A DNA stretch of 64,000 bases from Candidatus Obscuribacteraceae bacterium (GTDB lineage: Bacteria; Cyanobacteriota; Vampirovibrionia; Obscuribacterales; Obscuribacteraceae), in NCBI GenBank assembly GCA_044226015.1, contig JBGAHS010000001.1, forward strand, positions 192,001 through 256,000, given 5' to 3'. The translations under genes and the position numbers were made by a program. Under the pieces are notes generated by a model. The model saw only the letters and a list, made by a program, of their open reading frames with translations. It was not told the origin of the DNA and did no database searches. Below, one piece after another: positions 37,484-47,107 of this stretch. Positions within the stretch are counted from its first letter, which is position 1; every line of letters starts with the position of its first letter.

Positions 37484-37519
37484 AAAAAAATGGGGCGAAC
37501 TGATGACCAGTTCACCCCA
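37484..37519 (-). terminator. Intrinsic terminator of flp
   Basis: Minus strand TGGGGTGAACTG-GTCAT-CAGTTCGCCCCA followed by TTTTTTT. Confidence 0.85.
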
Positions 37520-37543
37520 CGAAGTCTTAACCGTACCGGAGTC

Positions 37544-37759
37544 TTATGTGGTTGTAGCGTTGGTTACGCTATTCAAACGGTTCAACTGGTTTACGATCGT
37601 TGAGAACGATTGCGAAATAGCTGATGTCAGTGTTCCCGAAGCGAAGCTGAATACTACAGCTACGAGAAGTGCTACGAACGCCAGGATCGCGCCGTATTCT
37701 GTAATACCTTGTCCTGACTCATCAGACATGAAGTTCTTGAGCGAAGTAGTGAAGTTCAT
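37544..37759 (-). CDS. flp: Flp family (Tad) pilin
   Basis: DESG|QGITEYG class III signal with E+5/Y+6, hydrophobic helix, GGAGG RBS. Confidence 0.93.
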   Translation of the reverse strand: MNFTTSLKNFMSDESGQGITEYGAILAFVALLVAVVFSFASGTLTSAISQSFSTIVNQLNRLNSVTNATTT

Positions 37760-38111
37760 TTATTTACCTCCAAGGGGTTCTGAGACTTCGTAGTAGTAGT
37801 GCACACCAGCAAGCGCTGCTTCGACAATTAATGTCGTAAACGAAATGCGCTTACTTAAAGGTACACGAAACTCTTCGTTTCAGAGCCACTTATTTTGAAA
37901 TTGTGTAGTAAAGGAGATCAGAAAAAACTTAAGGCAACGATAGATGAATTAACTAATAGTTTGTTTGAATTAGGGGTTTCCCTCCCGGTTTTACCTTGTC
38001 AAGAATGGTATACCTTTCTAAACAGAGTTCTAAACGTGTTTTTGCGTTTAAAACAATTAATGGTAAAGCCGCTAAATTAATCGGTTTTGATCACAGAGAA
38101 GTTAGTTTTTA

Positions 38112-39077
38112 GTGTCTAAAACAGACTCAGTTTCGGATGATAAAAAGGGCGCATCGGCTCTTGAAAAAGGGCTGCAATTTCTTTTGGCGCAAGAAAAAGA
38201 CGGACTGTGGCCCTATGAGTTTGGAAAAGATAGTGCGCTAGAACCCTCATGCTGGGCTGTTATCGCCTTACATGATAAAGCCGCATCGGTCGAAAGTTAC
38301 GTTAAAAGACTTGCCACGCTGCAAAATGCAGATGGTGGATGGTCGAATGAACTCGCCCGTCTGGAGAGCGATTGGTCAACCGCTGCATCACTATTCGCTT
38401 TACGATATTTGGAATCAAAAAGTCTGTTGGAAAACAAATCGGACGCCACACAAAAGAGCAAATTGAGTTCTGTTATTTCAAAAGCCGAGGATTGGATTTT
38501 AGATAACAGGACAGAGTACTACTCATCGGCTGCTAAATTTGCACTGCTGTTGTGGAAAGGCCCTGAGCATGACTATGAAAGGGGTTGGCCCTGGACACAA
38601 AACACGTTCGATTGGGTTGAACCTACATCTTATGTGTTGATGGCGTTCAAGAATTCTCAACGCATGAAGGTGCCTAGTACTTCAAAAGCAATGCATCTCG
38701 GCGAACAGTACTTGCTCAGTCTGGTTTGTCGAGATGGTGGTTGGAACTTTGGCGATAGAAATCCTTACGGCGCACAAAATCCCCCCGACGTTCAATCAAC
38801 TGCACTGGCTCTCTTGGCGCTGAAAAATCGTCAGAATGAGACTGGTGTGAAGCGAAGCCTTGAATGGCTTAGGAAAAAAATGGAAGACCCCCAAAGTCAG
38901 ACGCAAAGGGCATGGGGCGCGATGGTCTTATGTTCATACGGGCAGCCATGCGATGATCTAATGAAGGAATTGGAATCCGAACAAAATAGCGACGGTTCCT
39001 TCTCCAAAAATATGTTGACTAATGCAGTTGCTTGTATTGCGCTTAAACTCAGATCCGATCCCACTTTGTTTGCCTAA
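38112..39077 (+). CDS. Prenyltransferase/squalene-cyclase repeat (alpha/alpha barrel) protein
   Basis: QW-like repeats LAQEKDGLW, LQNADGGWS, CRDGGWN, EQNSDGSF; GWPW...WVEPTS. Confidence 0.8.
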   Translation: MSKTDSVSDDKKGASALEKGLQFLLAQEKDGLWPYEFGKDSALEPSCWAVIALHDKAASVESYVKRLATLQNADGGWSNELARLESDWSTAASLFALRYLESKSLLENKSDATQKSKLSSVISKAEDWILDNRTEYYSSAAKFALLLWKGPEHDYERGWPWTQNTFDWVEPTSYVLMAFKNSQRMKVPSTSKAMHLGEQYLLSLVCRDGGWNFGDRNPYGAQNPPDVQSTALALLALKNRQNETGVKRSLEWLRKKMEDPQSQTQRAWGAMVLCSYGQPCDDLMKELESEQNSDGSFSKNMLTNAVACIALKLRSDPTLFA

Positions 39078-39104
39078 CATATAAATAGAACGAGCCGAAA
39101 GACT

Positions 39105-40211
39105 ATGAGCATTTCTAATTCCGAAGACAGAAAAGATGGTGAGAATTCCGGTTCTACAGAGAGTTCGCGCAGAAGCTTTCTCCAGGCCGGAGCCGCAATT
39201 ATTGCTGGTGCTTCGGTGGCTGCCTGCGATGAGGACATTCCAAAAGGAAAAATTCCAGAACCAACCGAACAACAAAAGGCACTTAAAAGAAAGGAACGCT
39301 CTCGGGTCTATGTGAAGCATGTTCCAAGCTATGAAGAGCTTGATGAAATAATGATGGCGGCAATAAAAGAAGCGAATCCGCCTGTCAAAGATAAGTCGGT
39401 CTTTCTGAAGTTGAATCTCGTTGATTACCGAAAAGGAATTCCATGCTGCACGAATGCGGCGCACGTCGATGCCTTGTTACATGCATTAATTGCTGCTGGA
39501 GCCAGGGAAATTAAAGTTGGCGACGGGCCTGCATTGAGTCGAGATACAGAAAAAATTGCAGCGTTGAATGGAATAACAGATGTTTGCAAAAAGTACGATG
39601 TTCAATTTGTTGACCTGAACATTGACGACCTTGAGAAAATTGAGAATCCGCTTCAATACACAAAAATTCCTGAGTTTGTTTTGCCACGCACTATCGTCAA
39701 GTCAGAGTTTCTTGTGTCAGTGCCAAAGCTCAAGACCCATCATTGGGCGCTGATGACTTGCTCAATGAAGAATATGTTCGGTGTGGTGCCTGGGCGGAAG
39801 TATGGCTGGCCGAAAAATGTTTTGCACATTCGTGGCATTCATCAATCCATCCTTGATATCGTTGCCACAGTAAAGCCTTCCTTTGCCGTGGTTGATGCTG
39901 TTGTCGCAATGGAGGGAGATGGTCCCCTAAACGGAACAGCAAAAGAACTCAACGCAATATTCATAGGCGATGATCTTGTAGCAGTTGATACTGTTGCGGG
40001 AATGTGCCTTGAACTTCCTGTGCAAAACATTGCTTACCTCAGAATTGCAGGGAAGGTCCTGGGGAACACTGATATGTCCCAGATTGATGTTATAGGTGCA
40101 ACAATAGATTCATTGAAGAAGAAGTTTTTACTGCCGCCAACCTTCGAAGAAGACGGCAGGCCGAAAGACCTGAGCAAACTGGCTAAAGGTGCTGAGTCGG
40201 GAGTGACATAA
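39105..40211 (+). CDS. DUF362 domain protein with twin-arginine signal and possible lipobox
   Basis: SRRSFLQ...SVAAC; LKLNL, PKLKTH, MKNMFG..PG, DAVVAMEGDGP, D.VAVD. Confidence 0.85.
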   Translation: MSISNSEDRKDGENSGSTESSRRSFLQAGAAIIAGASVAACDEDIPKGKIPEPTEQQKALKRKERSRVYVKHVPSYEELDEIMMAAIKEANPPVKDKSVFLKLNLVDYRKGIPCCTNAAHVDALLHALIAAGAREIKVGDGPALSRDTEKIAALNGITDVCKKYDVQFVDLNIDDLEKIENPLQYTKIPEFVLPRTIVKSEFLVSVPKLKTHHWALMTCSMKNMFGVVPGRKYGWPKNVLHIRGIHQSILDIVATVKPSFAVVDAVVAMEGDGPLNGTAKELNAIFIGDDLVAVDTVAGMCLELPVQNIAYLRIAGKVLGNTDMSQIDVIGATIDSLKKKFLLPPTFEEDGRPKDLSKLAKGAESGVT

Positions 40212-40218
40212 GTTCCTG

Positions 40219-41460
40219 ATGAAAAGAATTCGAGATATAGTCTCCGACGCGTTGTACAAAGAACCGGGATATCTCGATTTGATGAAAATTCTCATCGGGC
40301 TTTGTTTGATTGGAATTTTGCCCCTTGAGCTATTTATAGTATTTGGATATGGTCCCTACCATGTTCCGGCCTGGAGAATAGGGCAACATTTTTTTGTCTT
40401 TCCTGAACCTGCCATCTGGGTCTCGGTTGTAGTTTGGTTGCTTTATTTTTGTGCTTGCATTTGCATGGTTATCGGCAAGGGCGGGCGCCTGGTGCCGTTT
40501 CTTTTATTTGCTGTCTGGCTTTATTACCAGACTTTAGACAGACATATTTTTCAATCTAGTTTTGTGATTATGATGTCTGTTTATCTTTTGGCATTTTCAA
40601 TTGATAGACGCCCTCGCTCTTTGAGTCGGGTGCTCATAAGAGTTGCTGTTTCTACCTGCTATATATTTGCTGGCTTGCATAAGTTGCACCCAGAGTTTTT
40701 CAGTGGTCTCACAATGTACAGGCTGCTTTCTGTTGGCGAAATGATTCGCCCCGAATTATTGCCACTCATACGCTCAATGAATTTGTCTCGCTTCGCTTGC
40801 GAGATGTGCACCTATCTTGTTGTGATGATGGAGCTGTTTATTGGTATCGGACTGTGGTTTAAACCTCTGCGGAAAGCGGCTGTTGCAACGGGCGTCGTGC
40901 TTCATTTGTCCTTGACCTTTTTTATTCCCGGAATCGAATTGTTCGCGCCTGTAATGTGGACTGGGTATCTTGCATTTTTTGATAAGAGGCGAGATGCACT
41001 TTCTGTAGATTTGAGCAAGAGAGTGTACTCGCGTCCATTGGCAGAGGCGTTGCTAGCAATTATCGTTTCGATAATGTGCGTAGTAATGCCGGCGAGGCTA
41101 TTCTTCGCGAGCCCCTACAATTATTTACATATGTCCCTATATGACCGCGTCCCATGGGGATTCTCGATGTTTCTGTTTACGGAAAATATCAAATATGTCG
41201 CTGCGTCTGTTCGTGAAAAAGGTAATTGGGTTAATGTTGCACTCGAAGGTAGAATGCCGAATTCGTCAAGCCGAAGTGACCTAATTGCTATGTCGTATTA
41301 TCTTGCAAAAACACATCCGCAAGCAGATTGCGTTCGCGTGGAAAATCGTTTGCAAATCAATGGGCATGGGCTGCTAAATAGAATCTACTACTACTTCCCT
41401 CGGGTCGACCGAGTATTGCAGAGAGAGGTCATCGTTGATGGAATGCGGGTTCGCCGCTAG
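40219..41460 (+). CDS. HTTM-like multi-TM membrane protein
   Basis: YIFAGLHKL.PEF.SG and ELFIGIGLW...R...GVVLH patterns typical of HTTM/gamma-carboxylase-like proteins. Confidence 0.65.
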   Translation: MKRIRDIVSDALYKEPGYLDLMKILIGLCLIGILPLELFIVFGYGPYHVPAWRIGQHFFVFPEPAIWVSVVVWLLYFCACICMVIGKGGRLVPFLLFAVWLYYQTLDRHIFQSSFVIMMSVYLLAFSIDRRPRSLSRVLIRVAVSTCYIFAGLHKLHPEFFSGLTMYRLLSVGEMIRPELLPLIRSMNLSRFACEMCTYLVVMMELFIGIGLWFKPLRKAAVATGVVLHLSLTFFIPGIELFAPVMWTGYLAFFDKRRDALSVDLSKRVYSRPLAEALLAIIVSIMCVVMPARLFFASPYNYLHMSLYDRVPWGFSMFLFTENIKYVAASVREKGNWVNVALEGRMPNSSSRSDLIAMSYYLAKTHPQADCVRVENRLQINGHGLLNRIYYYFPRVDRVLQREVIVDGMRVRR

Positions 41461-41512
41461 CCCGAAGCCCCTTTGAGAAATGCAAGTCATGAAGGTATTA
41501 GAGAATGCAAGT

Positions 41513-42838
41513 CTATAAAGGCATTTGCGTCTTAAGTTCTCTTTTTATGACAATGCTTGCAAAAACTATGAATGCGAGAACCAGAGACATCAAAATCTGC
41601 TGCCATAAAATATCAGGCAAAGCGGGAAGCAGTAGAATTGCCATAAGGTAGGCGCTGAAGCTCCCCATAAGCAGAAAAGTTGAAATCTGCAGCCATCTGG
41701 CTTGCTTTTCACTGCTGTCGAACTGAGTAAATACAATCCATGCAGGCAGCAGAAGAAGGCAACTATCATAGAGTAGCAAGTGAGGTGCCGCTACGAAAAC
41801 GAGTGGTACGCTAAGGAAAGTCAGCAATGCCTTCTGCCGATCGGAAGGTACTTCTTCTACTACTTTCTCTTCTTCCTCTTCTTCTTTTAATATCGTGCTA
41901 TTTAATGCGCTAAAAATGGCAAGTAGCAGCAAGCCGATGCCAAAAGCGATTGGGCGAACACTGAGCCACATGCTTTTGGGTGCACTGATAATTGATACGC
42001 ATGGCACAGAGCAAAATAAGTGGTATTGCCAGTACCCGCTTTTCTCAGCACCAAATGCGGCACCACCTAGCTTTACTGAATTGAGCCAGAGTGGAAATAT
42101 ATCAAAGCCGAAAAATAAGCAGGGAATAAGATGCAAGGCAAAAGTGCCTGCAATCAGTCCAAGCCACAATGGTGTCACTTCTTTCTTTGGAATGCGTTTG
42201 AATAGCGCTGACAAAAGCAAGGTTCCCGCAATTGCTGCTACAGGCAAAGCGAGTTGGGGTTTTAAGCCCACCAGAGACCATGAGAGTCCACACGCCAGAG
42301 GGTGTTTTTTTTGCCACAGGTAGTATCCCAGTACGAGTGGAAACAGTCCCAATACCAGTGAGTTCTGTCCAACTACTATCGTTTGCAGAACTGGCAGAAA
42401 CATGCAGGACGAAAGGAAAATTGTTAGCGCTGAGAATTTACTCTGCGTTTTTGAAAACAAAATTGTTGCAATAACCAGTGCAAACACCGAAAATAACTGC
42501 CATGCAATTAGTGCCGCACGGAACGGCAGTAAGGCAAAAGGCGCACACAACACACCAACCACTGCGGGGTAAGAGAAGTGAAACAACCAGGTTTTGTCTG
42601 GTTTGTTTAATAGCGCTCGAGTGTAAGCCGCAAACTCTTCATCATAAAAGTCCTGAGCGCCCAGTTTTGGATACAAATTATGTCCTCTGCCGTGAGCAAC
42701 CATGTGTCCACCGGCATAAAGACATGATATGAAATCTGTGTCTGTAAGTGTTTTTTCGTCTCGCAAGTCTCCCGCGATTGTAATTGCAGAAAGGAAGACC
42801 AGGCAGAGCGCGCCGACAACTATGAACAGCCTTTTCAT
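41513..42838 (-). CDS. GT87/DUF2029-like GT-C glycosyltransferase
   Basis: DF...YAGG, FSYP......PFALLP, GQ, KPQ, PHLLLYD; multi-TM. Confidence 0.8.
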   Translation of the reverse strand: MKRLFIVVGALCLVFLSAITIAGDLRDEKTLTDTDFISCLYAGGHMVAHGRGHNLYPKLGAQDFYDEEFAAYTRALLNKPDKTWLFHFSYPAVVGVLCAPFALLPFRAALIAWQLFSVFALVIATILFSKTQSKFSALTIFLSSCMFLPVLQTIVVGQNSLVLGLFPLVLGYYLWQKKHPLACGLSWSLVGLKPQLALPVAAIAGTLLLSALFKRIPKKEVTPLWLGLIAGTFALHLIPCLFFGFDIFPLWLNSVKLGGAAFGAEKSGYWQYHLFCSVPCVSIISAPKSMWLSVRPIAFGIGLLLLAIFSALNSTILKEEEEEEKVVEEVPSDRQKALLTFLSVPLVFVAAPHLLLYDSCLLLLPAWIVFTQFDSSEKQARWLQISTFLLMGSFSAYLMAILLLPALPDILWQQILMSLVLAFIVFASIVIKRELKTQMPL

Positions 42839-44661
42839 TTGGCTAATGGCTCTTCTGAGGGCAAGGGGCTTTGTGGTTGCTTTCGATCATCATTCCGAGT
42901 GAAAAGAATCGCTGTTGAGTCCTCAAATGATTTTGTCCAGTTTGCCGGCTCTTCTTTTAATGCAAATTCGAGAGGCAAGCCCCTCGGAATCAAAACAAAC
43001 TTAAACTTATAGGAGTCGAAAGTTTTTTGCCAACTTGGATTGTTGACGTAGATGTTTGTGTAATCATCGATGAGCTTTTGCGAATAAAAATCGGTTTTGT
43101 CATCGATAAAAATTGGTGTGTTTAACTTCCAATACAGATACGCGCCCCAATTGTCTTTAATGTAGCCAAGTCCTTTGATCTTATGCTCTTGCATGTAGCT
43201 TACAGCCCTGACTGGAAGCCGCTCGGGGTCGAAATCTTTTATTTTGAAACTCGGTATAAACAGAAAGGCTGCTGAGAGTATGGCACCACATATGGTGAAT
43301 GCGGGTGCGGCTTTTAGCATTGCCATTTCGCTAAGGCTTGCTTTTTGATCTGATTTTAAAAGTTGTCCCAATAGCGGAATGCCCACCAAATTTGCTTGCT
43401 GACATATTTGTCCAGCTTGTGCTGCCATAGCTGGCAATGCTGCCAAAGCAAAGTAAGGAACCAGACGCATTGCGTAGAGGCTGATGCAGAACAAAAACAG
43501 AACATATCCAAATTCGCCTAACTTCGGTTTTATTTTGGAGTAAGTCCAGAATAGTGCAAGTAAACAAAACAAAAGAAGGTAAGACCACACCGGACCAGCA
43601 AAAGCAAAGTCTATACTTCGCCATTCGTCACTGTGTGCCTGAATTTTTGGACTGGTCAGGTAGCCGATGATGTAGGTTAGAAAGCTTGCACCTCTGAGGT
43701 TAAGGCAGGCGGCTAATATTGCACAGGTGAAGATGATCGCAGATTCTCTCAATGACCAGGCAGATGCAGCAGTGCTAGGACCATTGGCTGCAGCAGTGCT
43801 AAGACCATTCGCTGCCGCAGTGCTAGGACCATTCGCTGCAGCAGTGCTATGACCATTCGCTGCCGCAGTGGCTGAGCCCAGCTCTGAGTTTTGCGATGTT
43901 ACAACTGGACTGTTGTCTGATTTACTGGTTTCTTCAGTAGCGCTTTGTGTAGAAGTGATACCAGATTTGGAGGCTTCATCTGCCATGCCAATTGATGAAT
44001 TGTTCTCTTTGGTGAACTTGCCAGTCGCGTCTTTTGCCAGTCCGGATAGAAAGTCGCCTAGCGCGCGAGCAACAATCATCAGCATTCCTAGCGGAAAGCT
44101 TCCATGCAGGTTTCCCCAGAGAAACATCAGCCCAGAAAGAATGCAGGCTCGTTTCGCAAATGAGCGGGACGCAACGAACGTCTCGTAGTATGTTCCAAGG
44201 AATAGCAAGTACGTAAATATATGAGGACGTGCTGACCAGTGGATGGTACAGGCTTCTATTGCAAGTACCAGAGTAGTTAGCGCCACAATCGAGCTAGCAC
44301 CGCGCAAACGCGCCATCTGATAAGACCAGGTGAAGCTCAACGCAATCGCAAATGCACAAGTGAGAACAATCCAGTTCAAACCTAGCTGATCAAACGGAAG
44401 TCCGAATATCAAGTCACAGAGCAATTCGTGGGTGACCCAGGGTGCATTCGGCTCAACCGCTGACATGTAAGTCGTGGTGGGCACCGCATGATTTTGCAGT
44501 ATATAAAGCCCGGTCAAATAGTGCCGGCAACTTCCTCCATCGCCCAGTAAAAGCAGCGGTCGAGCAAAGAAAAAAAGCGCAAGCAAAAATAGAAATACCA
44601 GACCACCAAGGCTTGGCCAGTAGGGATTATTCAACTTTGCATCGCTTGCGTCTTCTTGCAT
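42835..44661 (-). CDS. Conserved multi-TM membrane protein, GT-C-like
   Basis: D...H...G..I, W..HE.L, RPHIFT, LWGNLHGSF, EW.S, WGAYL.W, FIDD.TD.Y; 4-nt overlap with the downstream GT87 gene. Confidence 0.7.
   Translation of the reverse strand: MQEDASDAKLNNPYWPSLGGLVFLFLLALFFFARPLLLLGDGGSCRHYLTGLYILQNHAVPTTTYMSAVEPNAPWVTHELLCDLIFGLPFDQLGLNWIVLTCAFAIALSFTWSYQMARLRGASSIVALTTLVLAIEACTIHWSARPHIFTYLLFLGTYYETFVASRSFAKRACILSGLMFLWGNLHGSFPLGMLMIVARALGDFLSGLAKDATGKFTKENNSSIGMADEASKSGITSTQSATEETSKSDNSPVVTSQNSELGSATAAANGHSTAAANGPSTAAANGLSTAAANGPSTAASAWSLRESAIIFTCAILAACLNLRGASFLTYIIGYLTSPKIQAHSDEWRSIDFAFAGPVWSYLLLFCLLALFWTYSKIKPKLGEFGYVLFLFCISLYAMRLVPYFALAALPAMAAQAGQICQQANLVGIPLLGQLLKSDQKASLSEMAMLKAAPAFTICGAILSAAFLFIPSFKIKDFDPERLPVRAVSYMQEHKIKGLGYIKDNWGAYLYWKLNTPIFIDDKTDFYSQKLIDDYTNIYVNNPSWQKTFDSYKFKFVLIPRGLPLEFALKEEPANWTKSFEDSTAILFTRNDDRKQPQSPLPSEEPLAK
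43765..43870 (-). repeat. In-frame 24-bp tandem repeat (STAAANG[HPL]), about 4.5 copies
   Basis: Visible in DNA and translation. Confidence 0.92.
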
Positions 44662-44752
44662 AGGTCTCAGCCCTTAACGCTAGGATAACAGGAAGCCCAG
44701 GTAAGGAGAATGTCTTGAAAACTCTTCTGTGTGGCTTGCCCGAGACGCCTGT

Positions 44753-44980
44753 CTTGATTGACAGGATGTTGTCCGAGCTCCGCAGCTTGATTGACGGGGG
44801 TGTCCCAGAGCCGCAGCTTGATTGGCTGGTGTTGTCCCAGCTCCGCTGCTTGATTGACGGGAGACCTCAGATCCGCTGCTTGATTGACTGTGCTGTCCCA
44901 GATCCACTGCCTGATTGCTGGTGTTGTCCCAGATCCGCTGCTTGATTGACGGGAGACCCCAGATCCGCTGCTTGATTGAC
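44753..44980. repeat. Intergenic array, 30-33 bp period, conserved CCAGATCCGCTGCTTGATTGAC with short variable segments, 8 cores
   Basis: Eight CTTGATTGAC-like cores between divergent genes. Confidence 0.92.
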
Positions 44981-45143
44981 TGATACTATGCATAGCCATG
45001 CAGCCGCGCAGGATGATATTCGCTGCTTGAACTTTAGGACGATGTATTGGCACTCATCGAAGTCTTGTGAAGCTATCCAACTTTGGCGGATGGTTTTTGT
45101 ACTCTATGCGCTATGCTACTTTGGTTGGCGAGAGAACTTTCTT

Positions 45144-46013
45144 GTGTTGATTTCCTTAATTACTTATGGCGACTTGCCTGACTTAGACCCTGATGATTTG
45201 CTTCTTGCAAAGGCTCTGGAAAAACGTGGCTGCAAAGTGCAAGGGGTTGTTTGGAACGACGCGAATGTTGATTGGTCCCAGGCTGGGATTTGTGTTATTC
45301 GTTCCACGTGGGATTACCATCGGCATTACAAGCAGTTCTTGAGTTGGGTTGAGCAGGTCGCTAGTGTCACCGACTTGTTTAACTCTGCTGATCTTATTAA
45401 GTGGAACAGCAAAAAGACCTATCTGCGAGAACTTTCTGAAGCAGGAATTCCGATTATTCCAACTGAGTTCATTACTCATAAGGAGAGGACGCCGCTAGAA
45501 GAAATAGTCAGAAAAAATGGCTGGTCGAGAGCCATTATTAAACCTACAGTTGGTCTTGCTACATCTGGTGTGAAAAGGATTGATTGCACTGATGATGGAG
45601 TTCGAGACGGCGAATTGCATATCGATTCTTTGCTTCACAGCGGCGAGGTGATGGTTCAAGAGTTTTATGAATCAGTCGAAGGCTATGGTGAAAGAGCACT
45701 GAGCTACATCGATGGTGTCTATTCTCATTGCATCAGGAAAGCGCCATTTCAGCGCTTAGCTGCGGCAGGTCTGGCAGGCGAGAGAGCTGTCGATGCCAAT
45801 GAAAAGGAAATTGAACTCGCGAATAAAACGCTGGGCTTTCTGAAAGTGATACCACTTTATGCACGAGTTGATCTCGCGTGCGATTCGGATAACAATCCCA
45901 GAATTATGGAATTTGAACTTGTTGAGCCTTCTCTTTTCTTGCAGACAAAGCCTGATTCAGCAGAAGTGTTCGCTGATGCGGTAGTGAAAAGAGTGGCTTG
46001 TTTGCAAAAATGA
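45144..46013 (+). CDS. ATP-grasp ligase-like protein (RimK/glutathione synthetase-like)
   Basis: IRSTWDY, WNSKKTYL, IIKP, MVQEF, YARVD, MEFELVEPSL. Likely start GTG 45144. Confidence 0.85.
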   Translation: MLISLITYGDLPDLDPDDLLLAKALEKRGCKVQGVVWNDANVDWSQAGICVIRSTWDYHRHYKQFLSWVEQVASVTDLFNSADLIKWNSKKTYLRELSEAGIPIIPTEFITHKERTPLEEIVRKNGWSRAIIKPTVGLATSGVKRIDCTDDGVRDGELHIDSLLHSGEVMVQEFYESVEGYGERALSYIDGVYSHCIRKAPFQRLAAAGLAGERAVDANEKEIELANKTLGFLKVIPLYARVDLACDSDNNPRIMEFELVEPSLFLQTKPDSAEVFADAVVKRVACLQK

Positions 46014-47047
46014 AAGAAAAAAGTACAAAAGCGAAATCGGGCAGCCGAAAAAAAATCGAGAAGTATATGGATGCTTGCGTAGAGCATTGCGATTTCTCTG
46101 GTTCTGTTCTGGTGCATCGAAAAGAGAAATTCTATCTCTGCGACGGCTTTGGTAAGGCTGACCGCGAGAATAACGTCAAGAATAAAATCCAGTCAGTTTT
46201 TCGTTTGGCTTCGTTAAGTAAGCAATTCACGGCAATGGGAATTATGATGCTGGTTGATGGCGGCGCCATCAAGCTGACAGATAAGCTGTCAAGCTTCCTG
46301 CCAAAGCTGCCGGAAAAATGGAAACCGATAACCATTCACCAGTTGCTAACGCATACTTGTGGCTTGCCTAACTACACTGAAATTCCCGAGTTTATAGCAA
46401 GGCAACGTGAACCGGCCACTCCAGGCGAGATCATTGATCTGATCAAGAAATTCCCGTTGCGTTTTGCTCCCGGAAAAGAGACGGAATATACAGATTCTAG
46501 CTATCTCATTTTGGGCCATATCATCGAGCGCGTTGCCGATAAACTGTATGGCGAGTTCATGAATGAGTTCATCTTCGAGCCGCTTGGTATGCACAACACG
46601 GGTTACGACATTTCGGAAATGATCATTCCGAATCGCGCTCATGGTTATGTAAGGCACGACAAAAATACAGTGCTTAACGCACCTTATCTCGACATGAGTT
46701 TGCCACATGCTGCCGGTGCACTGGCATCTACAGTAGAGGATATGTATTTGTGGGATCGCGCTCTGAAGGAAAGCAAGCTTATTCCTAAGAAGCTTACTGA
46801 AATCATGTTCAAGCCTGCAAAGGGAATATTTGCTTGCGGATGGATGATAGATGAGCAGCACGGGCGCAAGCGTATTCAGCATGCTGGCGGAATTGATGGT
46901 TTTGTTACCGCTATTTTGCGCTTTCCCGAAGAGGACGCCATGGTCGTTGTTCTAAGTAATATGCAATCTCCATTCTTTTCGGCTTTTGGCGTCGCGCAAG
47001 ATCTCGCATCACTGCTGTTTCACGAACATGTGGAGCTACCCCATTAG
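46010..47047 (+). CDS. Serine hydrolase, beta-lactamase class C/AmpC-like family
   Basis: FRLASLSK (SxxK), LLTH..G, YTD, HAGG; ATGA overlap with the upstream gene. Confidence 0.92.
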   Translation: MKEKSTKAKSGSRKKIEKYMDACVEHCDFSGSVLVHRKEKFYLCDGFGKADRENNVKNKIQSVFRLASLSKQFTAMGIMMLVDGGAIKLTDKLSSFLPKLPEKWKPITIHQLLTHTCGLPNYTEIPEFIARQREPATPGEIIDLIKKFPLRFAPGKETEYTDSSYLILGHIIERVADKLYGEFMNEFIFEPLGMHNTGYDISEMIIPNRAHGYVRHDKNTVLNAPYLDMSLPHAAGALASTVEDMYLWDRALKESKLIPKKLTEIMFKPAKGIFACGWMIDEQHGRKRIQHAGGIDGFVTAILRFPEEDAMVVVLSNMQSPFFSAFGVAQDLASLLFHEHVELPH

Positions 47048-47061
47048 TCTTCCAAGAGAAA

Positions 47062-47085
47062 ACAGAGGGAGTTGACTCCCTCTGT
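47062..47085. terminator. Hairpin between convergent genes, probable terminator
   Basis: ACAGAGGGAG-TTGA-CTCCCTCTGT. Confidence 0.65.
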
Positions 47086-47107
47086 CGAGCATCTCAATTT
47101 GACTTCT

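Noticed and set aside
44753..44980. CRISPR array
   Set aside because: Variable segments are only about 8-11 nt and recur; cores are degenerate; no cas genes in the window.
44667..45053. ORFs across the 44.7-45.0 kb array
   Set aside because: Irregular repeat period gives inconsistent peptide; no RBS or family signal.
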